Shown here one piece after another: positions 49,074 through 59,968 of a stretch of DNA of 64,000 nucleotides. The stretch comes from Longimicrobiales bacterium. Its GTDB lineage: Bacteria; Gemmatimonadota; Gemmatimonadetes; Longimicrobiales; Gaopeijiaceae. The position numbers and the translations under genes were made by a program. The notes under the pieces were generated by a model. That model saw nothing but the letters and a program-made list of their open reading frames with translations, was not told where the DNA came from and did not search any database. The DNA lies in contig CBDCKN010000001.1 of assembly GCA_965218295.1 (NCBI GenBank), positions 34,321 to 98,320 of the forward strand, in the 5' to 3' direction. Numbering within the stretch: position 1 is the first letter of the stretch; each line of letters opens with the position of its first letter.

Positions 49074-49303
49074 GACCCAGATTCCCCCAGTGGTTTCTGA
49101 ATGCGGACCGTGGAGCTTGTTGACGATGACTCTTCAGGGGCCTAAGAATGTGATCCGGCCACAGTCATCGCACTTCCAGAACAGCCAGCCTCGTCGTCTG
49201 ATCTCATAAAGAGATGGCCGAGGCGATGAGGGACTTCTGGATGTTTCTGATCATCGCGCACACATATCAAAGAGATGACGGACTTGGACCTGCGACCTAG
49301 CTC

Positions 49304-50308
49304 ATGGGCGAGCGGCCTTCGACGTCAACGATGAAGAGGACCGTTGGCCTCCTCGCGCTTTCGGTGGGCAGCGCACTACTCCTGCTCGTCGTGGTGGAGG
49401 CAGGGCTCCGCATCCTCGACTGGTACCCTCCCCCGATGCAGCCCGTCCAGTCGCGACGTCCGGATCTGTATCAGTCGGACGCCGCTGTCGGCTATCGACT
49501 CTGGCCTCGGCTCGACACCACGTACCGGTACCCGCCGGACCGGTCCGATCCGATCCCACTCGTCGCCAACGGTAGCGGCTTCCGGAACGCGCGCGAGTTC
49601 GACGGAGTCGACGAACGCCCGAGGATCCTTTTCCTGGGGGATTCCTTCGTCTTCGGAGATGGCGTGCACGCCGAGGAGCGCCTGACCGAAGTCATCGAAT
49701 CGATGGAACCGGGCTGGCGCGTCGACAACATGGGCATGACGGGATACGGACTCGACCTGATGGTGCGAGCGCTCGAGCGCTTCGTGGAGGAGGCACGACC
49801 GGATGTAGTAGTCCTGTGCTTCTACACGGACGACTTTCGCCGACTGCTCCCCTACTACGCCGGCGTGGGCTTCGAGTATCCGAAATTCGAGCTGAACGAC
49901 GGAGTGCTCGTCTCCGTCCCGCACGAATACCCCGACTTCTTGGAGCGCACACGCCCCGTCCAGGCGTGGCTTAGAAGATACTGGTCCAAACGGAGAAACC
50001 GGTACAAGCTCAACGAAGCTCTCCTCGATCGTTTCTTGGCCAACTCGGCTGAGCACGGTTTCGTGCCGGTGACGGTCTTCTTGCCGGGGCGCGACGATAA
50101 CGAGGAAGACCAAGAGCGCCGCAGCTTCCTGAGGGGATGGGCCGAGGGCCACGAGGTCGCGCACCTCGACCTCACCGACCCGATCCACTCCACCGGCGTC
50201 GACAATACGTACATCGAGCGGCACTATCATTGGAACCCGACCGGCCATCGGATCGCGGGCGAGCGCATCCGTGAGCTTCTCTCGGCGGAGGTCTTCAGCG
50301 AGGGTTGA
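49304..50308 (+). CDS. SGNH/GDSL hydrolase-family protein with N-terminal TM
   Basis: FLGDSFVFG, NMGMTGYG, PDVVVL, HWNPTGH. Confidence 0.85.
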   Translation: MGERPSTSTMKRTVGLLALSVGSALLLLVVVEAGLRILDWYPPPMQPVQSRRPDLYQSDAAVGYRLWPRLDTTYRYPPDRSDPIPLVANGSGFRNAREFDGVDERPRILFLGDSFVFGDGVHAEERLTEVIESMEPGWRVDNMGMTGYGLDLMVRALERFVEEARPDVVVLCFYTDDFRRLLPYYAGVGFEYPKFELNDGVLVSVPHEYPDFLERTRPVQAWLRRYWSKRRNRYKLNEALLDRFLANSAEHGFVPVTVFLPGRDDNEEDQERRSFLRGWAEGHEVAHLDLTDPIHSTGVDNTYIERHYHWNPTGHRIAGERIRELLSAEVFSEG

Positions 50309-50515
50309 GCACCTCCCGTTCCTCGTCGCCGATCGTCACAGCCGCTTCCGGTGGTCACCCGACTACCAGGATTTCCTCAGCCTCGGTGTACGTATCGGTT
50401 TGGTCATCCATGGCGCGGAGAGCCGATAGACCGGCGCTGCGATCCAGCCATCGCCCAACCTCAGCATCACCCATAGCTTGAGCGCATGTCCGATTGGCGC
50501 CGCCCTGAACGGTAA

Positions 50516-50884
50516 GTGAGTCTGATGGGCATCTCTGAACCCGTGAAATACGGAATCGCCTTGGGCGTCCTTGTGCTCATCATTGGTGGGATCGTTGCGA
50601 TCTCGGGACCGGGTCGTGCGGACGTGACTGTACGGAACCGCTCCAGCCAGCCGATAACTCTGATTCAGATCACCACCTTCAGTGGTGGGGACGCGATCGT
50701 GAGGGAGCCTCTCGCCGCGGGGCAGGAAAGGCTTGTTCCAATCATCGCCGGCGAGGAAGGATATGATCTGCGGATTCGCTTCTCCGATGGACGCTTCCTA
50801 GATGTAGAGGAACGCTACGTTCAGAGGGGCGATGACTGGATTGAGGTAGTCACCGATTCAGCGATCACCCGGACGTTACCGTAA
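50516..50884 (+). CDS. Hypothetical membrane-anchored protein
   Basis: One TM followed by a small beta-sandwich-like domain. Confidence 0.5.
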   Translation: MSLMGISEPVKYGIALGVLVLIIGGIVAISGPGRADVTVRNRSSQPITLIQITTFSGGDAIVREPLAAGQERLVPIIAGEEGYDLRIRFSDGRFLDVEERYVQRGDDWIEVVTDSAITRTLP

Positions 50885-51055
50885 GCGGCCTGCGGAGCGA
50901 TTCACCATGCCTCGGGGAGTTCTGCTTGCGCCTGCTGGACCGCTCTCGGATGTTGACCAGGTCTGCTCCCGGAGTGTATGGGTGTCCGATCCAGTTATCC
51001 GCCCGTGCGTAGCTCGAAGCGGCTCTCCACTACCAGAGCCATTCCAGTGGCGGCT

Positions 51056-54000
51056 TCAATCTCCGGTGGCGCTGAGTTCGGCCGCCGATCTCGAGAGCTG
51101 CCTCGCACGCCGCCCCACCCACCCCGCCTCCACGTTCGCCTGAACCATCGCCATCGCGGGCACCAGCAGCATCAGAATCGCCGTCGCAAACAAGATCCCG
51201 AAAGCGAGCGACGCCGCCATCGGGATCAGGAATTGCGCCTGCAGACTCCGCTCGAAGACGAGCGGCGCTACGCCCAGGAACGTCGTGAGCGAGGTCAGCA
51301 TGATGGGGCGGAAACGCGCCTTCGCACCCGAGATGATCGCGTCGCGTGCGTTCATCCCGCTCCGGCGTTCCTCGTTGATGAAATCGATCATGACGAGTGA
51401 GTCGTTCACGACCACGCCAGACAGCCCGAGGATCCCGAAGATCGAGAGCAGCCCCAGAGAGAGGCCCATGGCGAGGTGGGCCCATAGCGCCCCTACGATC
51501 CCGAAGGGGATCGCCGCCATGATGATGAGAGGTTGGACGTACGAGCCGAAGGGGATCGCCAGCAGCGCGTAGATCACCAAGAGGGCTAGGACGAATCCCC
51601 GCCCGATGGAGCTGAACGACTCCTGTTGTTCCTGTTGTGCGCCGCCGAAGTGGACGCGGAGCCGGGCGTCTTCGGCGGCGATGGGCGGGAGGATGACCTC
51701 TTCCAGTTCGCGCGAGGCCACCTGGCCGGTCACGATAGCCGGGTCGACGTCGCCGGTGATGATGAGAATGCGCTGACCTTCCTTTCGGCGGATGGTGGTG
51801 GACGAGTTACCGAAAGAGACTCGTGCGATCCGATCCAGCATGACCTGGCCGCCGCTCGGCGTGCGGACCATGTAGTCCCCAACGTCCGCGATGGCGTCGC
51901 GCTCGTTCTCAGGTAGGCGCACGTAGACTCTTACGTCCTCGCGCCCCCGCTGCACCCGCAGCGCCTCGTCTCCGAAGAACGCGGCGCGGACCTGTCGGGC
52001 GACCTCGTCCAGCGTGAGGCCCAGTGTGCGGGCTTCAGGCTTCAAACGAAGCTGAATCTCTCTGAGTCCCTGATCCTGGTCTGTCTTTACGTCGAAAACA
52101 CCGGCCAGGGATTCCAGTTCGTTCACCACGCGACGCCCGACCGCTTCCAACCGCACGGGGTCGGGGTGCGACAACTCCACCTGAACCGGCGCTCCGATGT
52201 TGACGATATCTGCGGAAAACGTGAGCGAGCGGGCCTCCGGAAGGCTCCCGATTTCCTCTCTCCAGATCTGCTCGAAGCGTGCGGCCGGAAGGGTCCTCTC
52301 CTCCGCGCTGAGGAGCCTCACGTCCACGTACGCCCGGTTCCCGATAGCGCCGCCCGGCGTGGCCTCCGCGATCGGCCCACCGGTGGACGGTGATTGGCCC
52401 ACCACGCTGTAGATGCCCCGAACGAGCGGCGGCGAGCCCGCCGGCCGCTCGGACTCCAGTCGCTCAACGGTGCGCTCGGCGGCCAGCCGAAACCGTTCAG
52501 CCACCTGACGCGTGCGCTCGACCGAAGTGCCCTCCGGCATCTCGAGGTCGGCGATCACGTTATCGCCCTCCACCGCCGGAAAGAACTGGACGCGAATCAG
52601 CCCCGCGGGTATGAGCGCAACGGATAGAATGATCATCGCCACCGCCCCCGCAATTATGATACCGGGCTCCCTGGTCGTGAAACGGAGTCCCCGCTCCAAT
52701 GGCCCCTGGATAAAGGCCTGTAGCCGTGCGTCGACGGATTTGTGTATCCGCATGACCAGGCGGGATATGCCGGCCTTCCCCTGGGTGTGTGGCTCGGGCA
52801 GGTGCGAGAGGTGGTGGGGGAGGATCAGGAGCGACTCGATGAGCGACAGGGTCAGTACCGAAATCACGATGATCGGGATTGTCCCCAGGAACTTCCCGAT
52901 CGTGCCGGGCGCGAAGAGCAGGGGCGAGAACGCGGTGATCGTCGTTAGCACGGCGAAGATGACCGGACCCGTGATTCGCTTGGCGCCGCGCACCGCGGCG
53001 AGCAGACCTGGCACTCCGCGCTCCCGCTCCGAGTAGATGTTCTCCCCGACCACGATCGCATCGTCCACTACGATCCCGACCGCGAGGATGAAGCCGAACA
53101 GTGACATCACGTTGATCGAGACGCCGAGCACCATCATCACCGCCAGCGTGCCGATGAACGACATCGCGATCCCGGCCGCTACCCAGAGCGCGAGACCCAG
53201 TTCGAGGAAGAGCGTAAGCGCGACGAGGACCAGCAATAGGCCGAGCGCGGCGTTCTTCAGCATCAACTGCAAACGGTCCGCGAGGATGTCCGCGTCGTTG
53301 TTCCACACCTCGAGGAAAACCCCCTCGGGTAGCCCCGGAATGATGTCCTCCGCAAGCGCGACCTCGATCGCGTCCACGATGTCCAGCACGCGTTCGTCGG
53401 ACGTGCGGTAAACCTCCACGAGCGCAGCGGGCCGACCGTTGTAGCGGGTGATCAGGTCTGCATCCTCGAAGCCGTCAATCACCGTAGCGATGTCCGCGAG
53501 GCGCACGACCGTCCCGTCCGGACGGCTGATGACTACGATCGACTCGAAATCTTGCTGATCGTAGTTCTGCCCGAGCGTGCGGATGCGCACCTGCTCGTCG
53601 CGCGTCTCGATACTCCCGGCCGACAAGTCGAGGCTGCCCCGGCGAACCACCCGTGAGATGTCGCCTAGCGTGAGACCCAGGGCACGGAGGGTGTTCTGAT
53701 CGATTTCGATCGAAATCTCGTACGGGCGGATGCCGGTCGTCTCCACGTACGAGACCTGGTCGAGTTCGGAGAGCGCGTCCTCGGTTCGGTACGCGATCTC
53801 CTTGAGCGTCCGTTCGGCAACGTCACCGAAGATCACGAGCTTGATTACGCTCTGGCGACTGGTGAGCTCGCGGATCTCCGGGCGTTCCGCGTCGACCGGG
53901 AAGGTCGTGATCCGGTCGACTTCGGCCTTGACGTCGTCGAGCACCGCGCTCACGTTCGCGCCCAGTTCGAGCTGCAGCGAAACCGTGCCAAGGCCCTCCG

Positions 54001-54322
54001 CGGCGGTGGAGGTGATCTCGTCGATTCCCTCGACCGACTGTACCTGCTCCTCGATCTTGAGCAGGATGGATTCCTCGACCTCGTCCGGCGTCGCGCCAGG
54101 GTAGGGGACCGAGACCAGGATGATGTCGAGGCTGAACTCCGGAAAGACCTCCTGGACGAGAGCCTCCAGCGACACGAATCCGGCCATGATCACGAAGATC
54201 ATGAGCAGGTTCGCGGCGACCTTGTGCTTCGCCATGTACGCGACCGGGCCGTGGTAATCGTCGACCGTTTCCCGCAGCTCGCGCCCCTTCTCCGCGCGGA
54301 TGTCTTCGGGTGTGCGGGTCAT
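51056..54322 (-). CDS. RND efflux permease (AcrB/AcrD/AcrF family)
   Basis: GIVVDDAIVVGEN, RFRPIMLTSLTT; 1088 aa. Confidence 0.95.
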   Translation of the reverse strand: MTRTPEDIRAEKGRELRETVDDYHGPVAYMAKHKVAANLLMIFVIMAGFVSLEALVQEVFPEFSLDIILVSVPYPGATPDEVEESILLKIEEQVQSVEGIDEITSTAAEGLGTVSLQLELGANVSAVLDDVKAEVDRITTFPVDAERPEIRELTSRQSVIKLVIFGDVAERTLKEIAYRTEDALSELDQVSYVETTGIRPYEISIEIDQNTLRALGLTLGDISRVVRRGSLDLSAGSIETRDEQVRIRTLGQNYDQQDFESIVVISRPDGTVVRLADIATVIDGFEDADLITRYNGRPAALVEVYRTSDERVLDIVDAIEVALAEDIIPGLPEGVFLEVWNNDADILADRLQLMLKNAALGLLLVLVALTLFLELGLALWVAAGIAMSFIGTLAVMMVLGVSINVMSLFGFILAVGIVVDDAIVVGENIYSERERGVPGLLAAVRGAKRITGPVIFAVLTTITAFSPLLFAPGTIGKFLGTIPIIVISVLTLSLIESLLILPHHLSHLPEPHTQGKAGISRLVMRIHKSVDARLQAFIQGPLERGLRFTTREPGIIIAGAVAMIILSVALIPAGLIRVQFFPAVEGDNVIADLEMPEGTSVERTRQVAERFRLAAERTVERLESERPAGSPPLVRGIYSVVGQSPSTGGPIAEATPGGAIGNRAYVDVRLLSAEERTLPAARFEQIWREEIGSLPEARSLTFSADIVNIGAPVQVELSHPDPVRLEAVGRRVVNELESLAGVFDVKTDQDQGLREIQLRLKPEARTLGLTLDEVARQVRAAFFGDEALRVQRGREDVRVYVRLPENERDAIADVGDYMVRTPSGGQVMLDRIARVSFGNSSTTIRRKEGQRILIITGDVDPAIVTGQVASRELEEVILPPIAAEDARLRVHFGGAQQEQQESFSSIGRGFVLALLVIYALLAIPFGSYVQPLIIMAAIPFGIVGALWAHLAMGLSLGLLSIFGILGLSGVVVNDSLVMIDFINEERRSGMNARDAIISGAKARFRPIMLTSLTTFLGVAPLVFERSLQAQFLIPMAASLAFGILFATAILMLLVPAMAMVQANVEAGWVGRRARQLSRSAAELSATGD

Positions 54323-54326
54323 GCCG

Positions 54327-55545
54327 CTACTGCCTCCCTCCGTCGCTCAGGCGGACTTCCATGCCGTTCGTGGCGACGGAAATACCGGCCACGATCACCT
54401 GCTGTCCGTCGGTGAAGTCGCCGATGACGTAGAGCAGTTCGTCGGTCTCCTGGAGCACGTCGACGGCGACGATCCGCACGCGCCCGTCTACGGCGATCGC
54501 CCAGACCTCGTCGCCCAGGCGCAGTGCGCGGCGAGGCAGGATGAAGTACTCCGCCAACTCGAGCCCATCGATCGCGACCTGAGCGAACTGCCCGACCAGG
54601 AGAGGCGGCGCCACGCCAGTCTCCAAGTCCCCCTCGACCGCCTGGCCCTGGCTGAACGGATCGGGGACGCGGACCACCACGTCGATGGTGCGGCTCTGCT
54701 CGTCGAGCGCGGTTTCGGCCCGGTCGACATATCCCTCCCAAAGGAATCGCCGAGCGCCGTACTCGATGGTCACCGTTGCCGGAATCGAGCGGTCGTCGTC
54801 ACCGGCCTGGAGCGACCAGAGGTTCGGAATCAGGGCGGCGTCGTCGTCGGACACCGGGACCACGACCTCGACCGCGTCCGAGGCGTAGATCTGCCCGAGG
54901 CTTTGCCCCGGGGCGACGACGCGACCCACGTCGGCGACCTCGATCCGGACCCGCCCGTCGAAGGGAGACGTGACTGCCGTGCGGGACAACACCAACTCGG
55001 CATCGTGCAGCTGGGCCTCGGCCCGCGCGAGTGCGGCCCGGGCAGCCTGGAGTTGGGGCTCGCGGAGCACCAGGGGACTCGGGGGCGCCGCACCGTTCCC
55101 TCTGCGACTCTCCCGGGCGCGGAACTGCTCGTACTCGGTCCGCGCGATATCGGCCTCTTCTTCGGCCTGGAGCAGCGCGACCCGCTGCGTGGCTACGTCG
55201 GCCTCGGCCTGCTGGACCCGATTCTCGTAGTCGGCGGGATCGATGCGGACGAGGACTTCGCCCGCGGACACGTGACCGCCGCTCTGCAGGTTGGGGCTGA
55301 CCGCGACGATCTTGCCCCCCACCTCGGGCGCTATGTCGATCTCCCAATGCGGACGCACGGTTCCGCTTCCGAAAACCAGAATCGGACCGGAGCCTGCCAC
55401 CACGGTCTCGACGGACACGATGGGCGACTCCGGCTCGGGGGGGCGGCGGGGCGGCTCGGGCCGCAACATGATCATCACCCCGCGCGACGACGATCGCTCC
55501 GATCATGATCCCCGCGATGGTGAGAAGACGTCTGCGATTCGTCAT
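54327..55545 (-). CDS. RND periplasmic adaptor (MFP); one frameshift near 55482
   Basis: APEVGGKIV, SPFDGRV; TM leader MTNRRRLLTI.. is in a different frame. Confidence 0.85.
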
Positions 55546-57065
55546 GGAGTGGCCTCGATTGTAGTCCATCCGCCGCCCAGGGCGCGATGGACGGCGAGTC
55601 GGGCCAACGCGAGTTCCGTGCCCGCCGCCGAGAGAGTGGATTGAACACCGAGTAGCGTTCGGAGCGCGTCGAGGTAGTCCGTGTATCCGGCCACGCCCGA
55701 AGCATACCGTCGGGCCTGCAAGTCCGCGGAGATCTGGGCTTCCCCGCGCTGGGAAGTCAGGAAAGTGTAGCGCTCACGCTCCTCCTCGTAACGCACGAGG
55801 GACGTCTCCACCTCGTAGACGGCGATCAGAACCGCGCGGCCGAAGGCAGCGGCGAACTGGATGTATTGGGCCTCGGCGGCCTTCACGTTGTTGCGTAGCC
55901 GTCCGCCTTGGAAGATCGGAGCCGTCAGCCCGGCGATCAGGTTGGTAAACCACTGACCGGCGTTGAACAGCCCTCCTACGTCACTACTCTGTTGCCCGAC
56001 CGACCCGGACAGGGAAAGCGTGGGAAGGAGCTGGGCCTTGCGCGCTCCCACGCGGAAGCGGGCCGCCTCCAGATGCTCTGCCGCGGCACGCAAGTCGGGG
56101 CGCTGCAGAAGCAAGTCGGCCGGGATCCCCGTGTCGATCGGATCGAGCGACGGAGTCGGATCGGGGTCCGCACCCAGGAGGCCGTCGATGCGGCCGGCGA
56201 ACTTCCCGAGGAGCACCGCCATGCGGCCCTGGGCGTCGGCGAGTTGCGTCTCGATCTGTGGGAGGCTGGCCTGCACGGTTCGCAGGTCGAGGCGCACCTG
56301 GTACAGCTCCAGCGAGGAAACCAGTCCTCGGTCGTAGCGTGTCTCGGTCAGCGCCTCTCGCTCCTCCAGGACGTCGACCGTCTCGCCTGTCAGCCCCACG
56401 CGCTCCCGCAAATCGACGATCTGGAAGTACGTGGAGATGGTCTCCGAGAGGACTCCGAGCCGAGCGGCGTGCAGATCCGCCCGAGACGCCATGAGCTCAG
56501 CCGCGGCAGCACGCCCGTCGTTCCGGGCGCGGCCCCAGAAATCCAACTCCCAGGAGAATCCCAGCGACGCCGAGTACGTGGTGAAGTCGAAGCGGTCGAA
56601 GCTCGGACCCGCCTGGGCGGAGTCCCCCCTTAGTCCACCCAAGGCTCCACCGATCCCCGTGTTCGCGGGCTGGCTCGTGCTGCTCACGTCCCCGCCTAAC
56701 TGGACCTGCGGGAAGAGATCCGCCCACGCAATGCCCGACTGGGCCCGGGCCTGTTCGACCCGCGCAACGGCCTCCACCAGATCGAGGTTGGAGACGAGCG
56801 CAGAGTCGATCAGCGCGTCGAGCGTGGGGTTCTCGAAGTCGCGCCACCACTCGAGCGGTGCGTACACGCCTGTGGCCTCCGACTCCAAGAAGGTTTCGGG
56901 AAGAGCCGCCACCGGCTGGGGAAGCTCGGGGTCCGGGGCGAAAGAGCAGCCCACCGAGGCCAGGAGGGCCAGGGCAGCGGCTCGTCGAGGCCGGATCTTC
57001 GCTCGAATGCGTTCCACCGTCTTCATTCGCGAGATGGTAAGACCCGTAGGAGCCCCCGGGAACAC
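55542..57065 (-). CDS. RND outer-membrane factor lipoprotein (TolC/NodT)
   Basis: Lipobox SVGC, WELDFWGR, LLQRPDL, ALGGGW; start may be ATG 57026. Confidence 0.93.
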   Translation of the reverse strand: MFPGAPTGLTISRMKTVERIRAKIRPRRAAALALLASVGCSFAPDPELPQPVAALPETFLESEATGVYAPLEWWRDFENPTLDALIDSALVSNLDLVEAVARVEQARAQSGIAWADLFPQVQLGGDVSSTSQPANTGIGGALGGLRGDSAQAGPSFDRFDFTTYSASLGFSWELDFWGRARNDGRAAAAELMASRADLHAARLGVLSETISTYFQIVDLRERVGLTGETVDVLEEREALTETRYDRGLVSSLELYQVRLDLRTVQASLPQIETQLADAQGRMAVLLGKFAGRIDGLLGADPDPTPSLDPIDTGIPADLLLQRPDLRAAAEHLEAARFRVGARKAQLLPTLSLSGSVGQQSSDVGGLFNAGQWFTNLIAGLTAPIFQGGRLRNNVKAAEAQYIQFAAAFGRAVLIAVYEVETSLVRYEEERERYTFLTSQRGEAQISADLQARRYASGVAGYTDYLDALRTLLGVQSTLSAAGTELALARLAVHRALGGGWTTIEATP

Positions 57066-57107
57066 GACGGGTGGATCGGCCGTCGTGCGAGGGGCTGGCG
57101 TGACACC

Positions 57108-57136
57108 TAATTATAGTGATACTATATAATTGTATC
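57108..57136. promoter_or_regulatory. Candidate TetR operator / divergent promoter
   Basis: AT-rich overlapping palindromes aattata..tataatt and GATAC-N9-GTATC between the efflux operon and tetR. Confidence 0.55.
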
Positions 57137-57187
57137 GGAGCGTGCAAGCTGGTCTCAGTACCACTTCGGTTGACCCATGTACCACTC

Positions 57188-57943
57188 ATGAAACGAGAGC
57201 CCTCGCTCGATGTCCGCGACCGCATCCTCGATGCGGGGGTGCGCCTCGTCGAGACGCGTCCCGAAGAGTTTACCATGGCGCGGGTGGCCGACGGCGCCGG
57301 CGTATCGCGCGCAACGGTCTATCGCCAATTCGGAAGCGCCGAGGGGCTTCGGTCCGCGCTGTGTAAGGCGCGAGGGGCCTCCGCTTCCCTCGATCGGTAT
57401 GGCACTCGTGCGAGGGTCCTGGACGCCGCCCTGGCCGAGTTCACGCGGGCGGGCGTCCACGGCGCCACGATGCAAGGCATCGCCGAACGGGCCGGAGTAA
57501 GTCCGATGACGGTCTACAACCACTTCGATGACAAAGAGGGACTCGTCTTCGCGCTCATCTCCGAGAGGGGACCCAGTAGTCTGCCGCTCCAGCGCCTCGC
57601 CGACTTGGGGACATTCGAGGACACGGTCGCCGCTTTCGTGGCGGGTGTGCTTCAGATCGTACAGGACCAGCGTGACCTATTCGGCCTTGTGATCGCGCCT
57701 GATCCCATCACTAGACGGGCGTTCCGACGGATGCGCGCCGATCACGCCGAGATACCCTTGGTGCCCATGCTCGAGGCGGCCGGACTTCTGCCGGAAATCG
57801 ACGGTCGCATGGCGGCCGCGAGTTTGATGGGGATGATCATGTCCAACGCCGTGATTTACCCGCTGCTCTTCGGCGAAGAGGTCGAGGACCCGGCCGCCCT
57901 TGCGGAGCAGATCACCAGACTGTTCGTGAAGGCCGTCTCCTAG
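57188..57943 (+). CDS. TetR-family regulator with two tandem HTH domains
   Basis: VADGAGVSRATVYRQFGS and IAERAGVSPMTVYNHFDDKEGL. Confidence 0.88.
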   Translation: MKREPSLDVRDRILDAGVRLVETRPEEFTMARVADGAGVSRATVYRQFGSAEGLRSALCKARGASASLDRYGTRARVLDAALAEFTRAGVHGATMQGIAERAGVSPMTVYNHFDDKEGLVFALISERGPSSLPLQRLADLGTFEDTVAAFVAGVLQIVQDQRDLFGLVIAPDPITRRAFRRMRADHAEIPLVPMLEAAGLLPEIDGRMAAASLMGMIMSNAVIYPLLFGEEVEDPAALAEQITRLFVKAVS

Positions 57944-58049
57944 CCGGACCCTTGCGAGAGGGTGGTTGTTCCTCCCCCGGGCTCCAACCTATCTTGCCCT
58001 TTCGCCCCTGCAGGGGCCTCCGGATCTCCTATCCGTGTGGGAGGAGAGC

Positions 58050-58556
58050 ATGAGCAACGTCACGCTCAAGGTAAACGGCGAAACGCGTACGATCGACGTC
58101 GATCCCTCGACACCGCTGCTCTATGTCCTCCGAAACGATCTCGGGCTCAGGGGTCCACGATTCGGCTGTGGGCTCGGGCAGTGCGGGGCGTGCACGGTGC
58201 TCGTGGACGGCGTGGCAATCCGCTCGTGTGTCACGCCCACCTCCGGCGTCCAAGGTGAGATCACCACGCTCGAAGGACTGTCGACGGACGGTGAGCTCCA
58301 CCCCGTGCAACAGGCCTGGATCGACGAGCAGGTACCCCAGTGCGGCTACTGCCAGAACGGGCAGATCATGACGGCTAAGGCGCTGCTCGATCAGAATCCG
58401 AACCCGACCGATGCGGAACTCCGGCAGGGAATGAACGGGGTCATCTGCCGCTGCATGACGTACTACCGGATCCAGGCGGCCGTCAGGCGTGCCGCGGAGG
58501 CGATGGCGGGCGATCGGTCGGAATCGGGCGATGCAGCGAGGGAGGTGAACCTGTGA
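58050..58556 (+). CDS. (2Fe-2S)-binding small subunit, IorA/CoxS type
   Basis: GCGLGQCGACTV..SC, QCGYCQNGQ, ICRC. Confidence 0.92.
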   Translation: MSNVTLKVNGETRTIDVDPSTPLLYVLRNDLGLRGPRFGCGLGQCGACTVLVDGVAIRSCVTPTSGVQGEITTLEGLSTDGELHPVQQAWIDEQVPQCGYCQNGQIMTAKALLDQNPNPTDAELRQGMNGVICRCMTYYRIQAAVRRAAEAMAGDRSESGDAAREVNL

Positions 58557-58941
58557 TGCGCTCCACAGAGATTCCGAAGGCAATCGAAGACGCCCTGGAA
58601 GCGTGCCATGGGACTACCTCTCGACGCGACTTTCTCAAGAGTTCGGGGGTCTTCGTCCTGAGCTTCAGCGGCGCGAGGGTGGCGAACACCGGTAGGTCCG
58701 GCTCAGGAGCCGGGTCGCAGGCGCCGGTGACCCAGCCCGCCGCTCCGTATCCCGACCCCGACTTCCGCCTCCTCGACTCATGGCTGGCCGTCCATGAAGA
58801 CGACACGGCGACCTTCTACGTCGGGAAGACCGACGGGGGCCAGGGCACCGGAACCGCCTTCCGCCAGATGATGTGCGACGAGTTGGACATCGCCTTCGAG
58901 AAGGCCACGCTAGTCATGGGCCGAACCGACATGACGGTCGA
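58556..58941 (+). pseudogene. Truncated molybdopterin large subunit, IorB type
   Basis: Tat motif SRRDFLK, GKTDGGQGTGT..DELD; homology is lost at the AT-rich junction at 58942. Confidence 0.82.
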
Positions 58942-59052
58942 TCTACTGTATATCCTGTCCCTATGTCATCATAAGTATATGACCTATAGTTATTTATATA
59001 TGTCGTCGCTGTTGGTCCGGCTCGTTTCCATCGTATATAAACCCGTATAATT
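58942..59052. other. AT-rich att-like junction
   Basis: Abrupt AT-rich tract with direct repeats cgtatata/cgtataat that cuts iorB. Confidence 0.45.
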
Positions 59053-59378
59053 GGTGTGCGATTACACGGGAGCATACGGGACGTTCGCGGAACCCGTGAC
59101 CGGTGCTACCTTGGGCGTCGCGGGCGTCGCGCGGGGCTGAGAAAGACCCGGCAGGTGACGACGTGGCGATCCCGAAAATTGGGAATCTCGTCGCCACGGT
59201 GCGGGCGTTCGAGGATGTGCTGGCGACACACGATGAGGCAAAAGCGTTCAGTCGTGAGTCCGGTAGGTCGAGCTAAGGAGCGGTCGGCGACACGGCGAAG
59301 GAGCGAAGCTTGCCGGAGGCCGGTTGTCGATGGCCCCTGTCCTCTCTCATGGCGAACTGTCAGATGATTCGTCTCAAC

Positions 59379-59492
59379 TCACGCTGCGCTGCCACGGCTG
59401 GCCGCGATCTGTTCTCGGATCCACGCATCCACCTCCGACTCGATCCAGCCGATGGCGCGGGCGCCCAGCCGGACGGGTTTGGGAAAGCTCCC
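59379..59492 (-). pseudogene. alpA: AlpA-family (excisionase/regulator) C-terminal fragment
   Basis: Manual translation: GSFPKPVRLGARAIGWIESEVDAWIREQIAASRGSAA*. Confidence 0.8.
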
Positions 59493-59497
59493 GTGAA

Positions 59498-59780
59498 CGA
59501 TTCAGGCGCGCATCGAGCGCGATCCTGCCTTCCGCGAGGAATTGCTCAAAGAGGGGGTGGAATGCCTGCTCGCCGGCGACGCGGACACCGGCAAGGCGGT
59601 ACTGAGGGGACTACATCAATCCCACCGTCGGCCTTCAGGAGCTTGGTGCGTTGACCGCGAGTCTCCGAAGAGCCTGATGCGTATGTTCGGCCCCAACGGC
59701 AACCCCCAGGCCCGGAACCCGTTTGAGGTCATCGGTTACCTCTAGGAATGCGAAGGACTTCACCTGAGGATCCGCGGCGT
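59498..59780 (+). pseudogene. Addiction-module antitoxin (HigA-like) remnant
   Basis: TIQARIERDPAFREELLKEGVECLLAGD..GKAVLR / SPKSLMRMFGPNGNPQARN; frameshifts, premature stop, N-terminus missing. Confidence 0.7.
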
Positions 59781-59968
59781 TCGATGGGCACCGAGTTCGT
59801 GAGCGATATCCGGCCCCGCGGCCCAGATCCGCGACCAAGCTCACCCTCACGGCGGCACGATTAGGCAGCACACTTATCCATGTAACCGGGACTGGTAGAG
59901 TATCGCAATCCCAAGATAACGAAATAACCGGACTACGTCTTTACAATCGATCAATCGAGTGGATAGAG

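Noticed and set aside
59850..59875. cgattaggc as an attC R' upstream of the TIR gene
   Set aside because: It lacks the invariant GTT and has no matching R''/L boxes.
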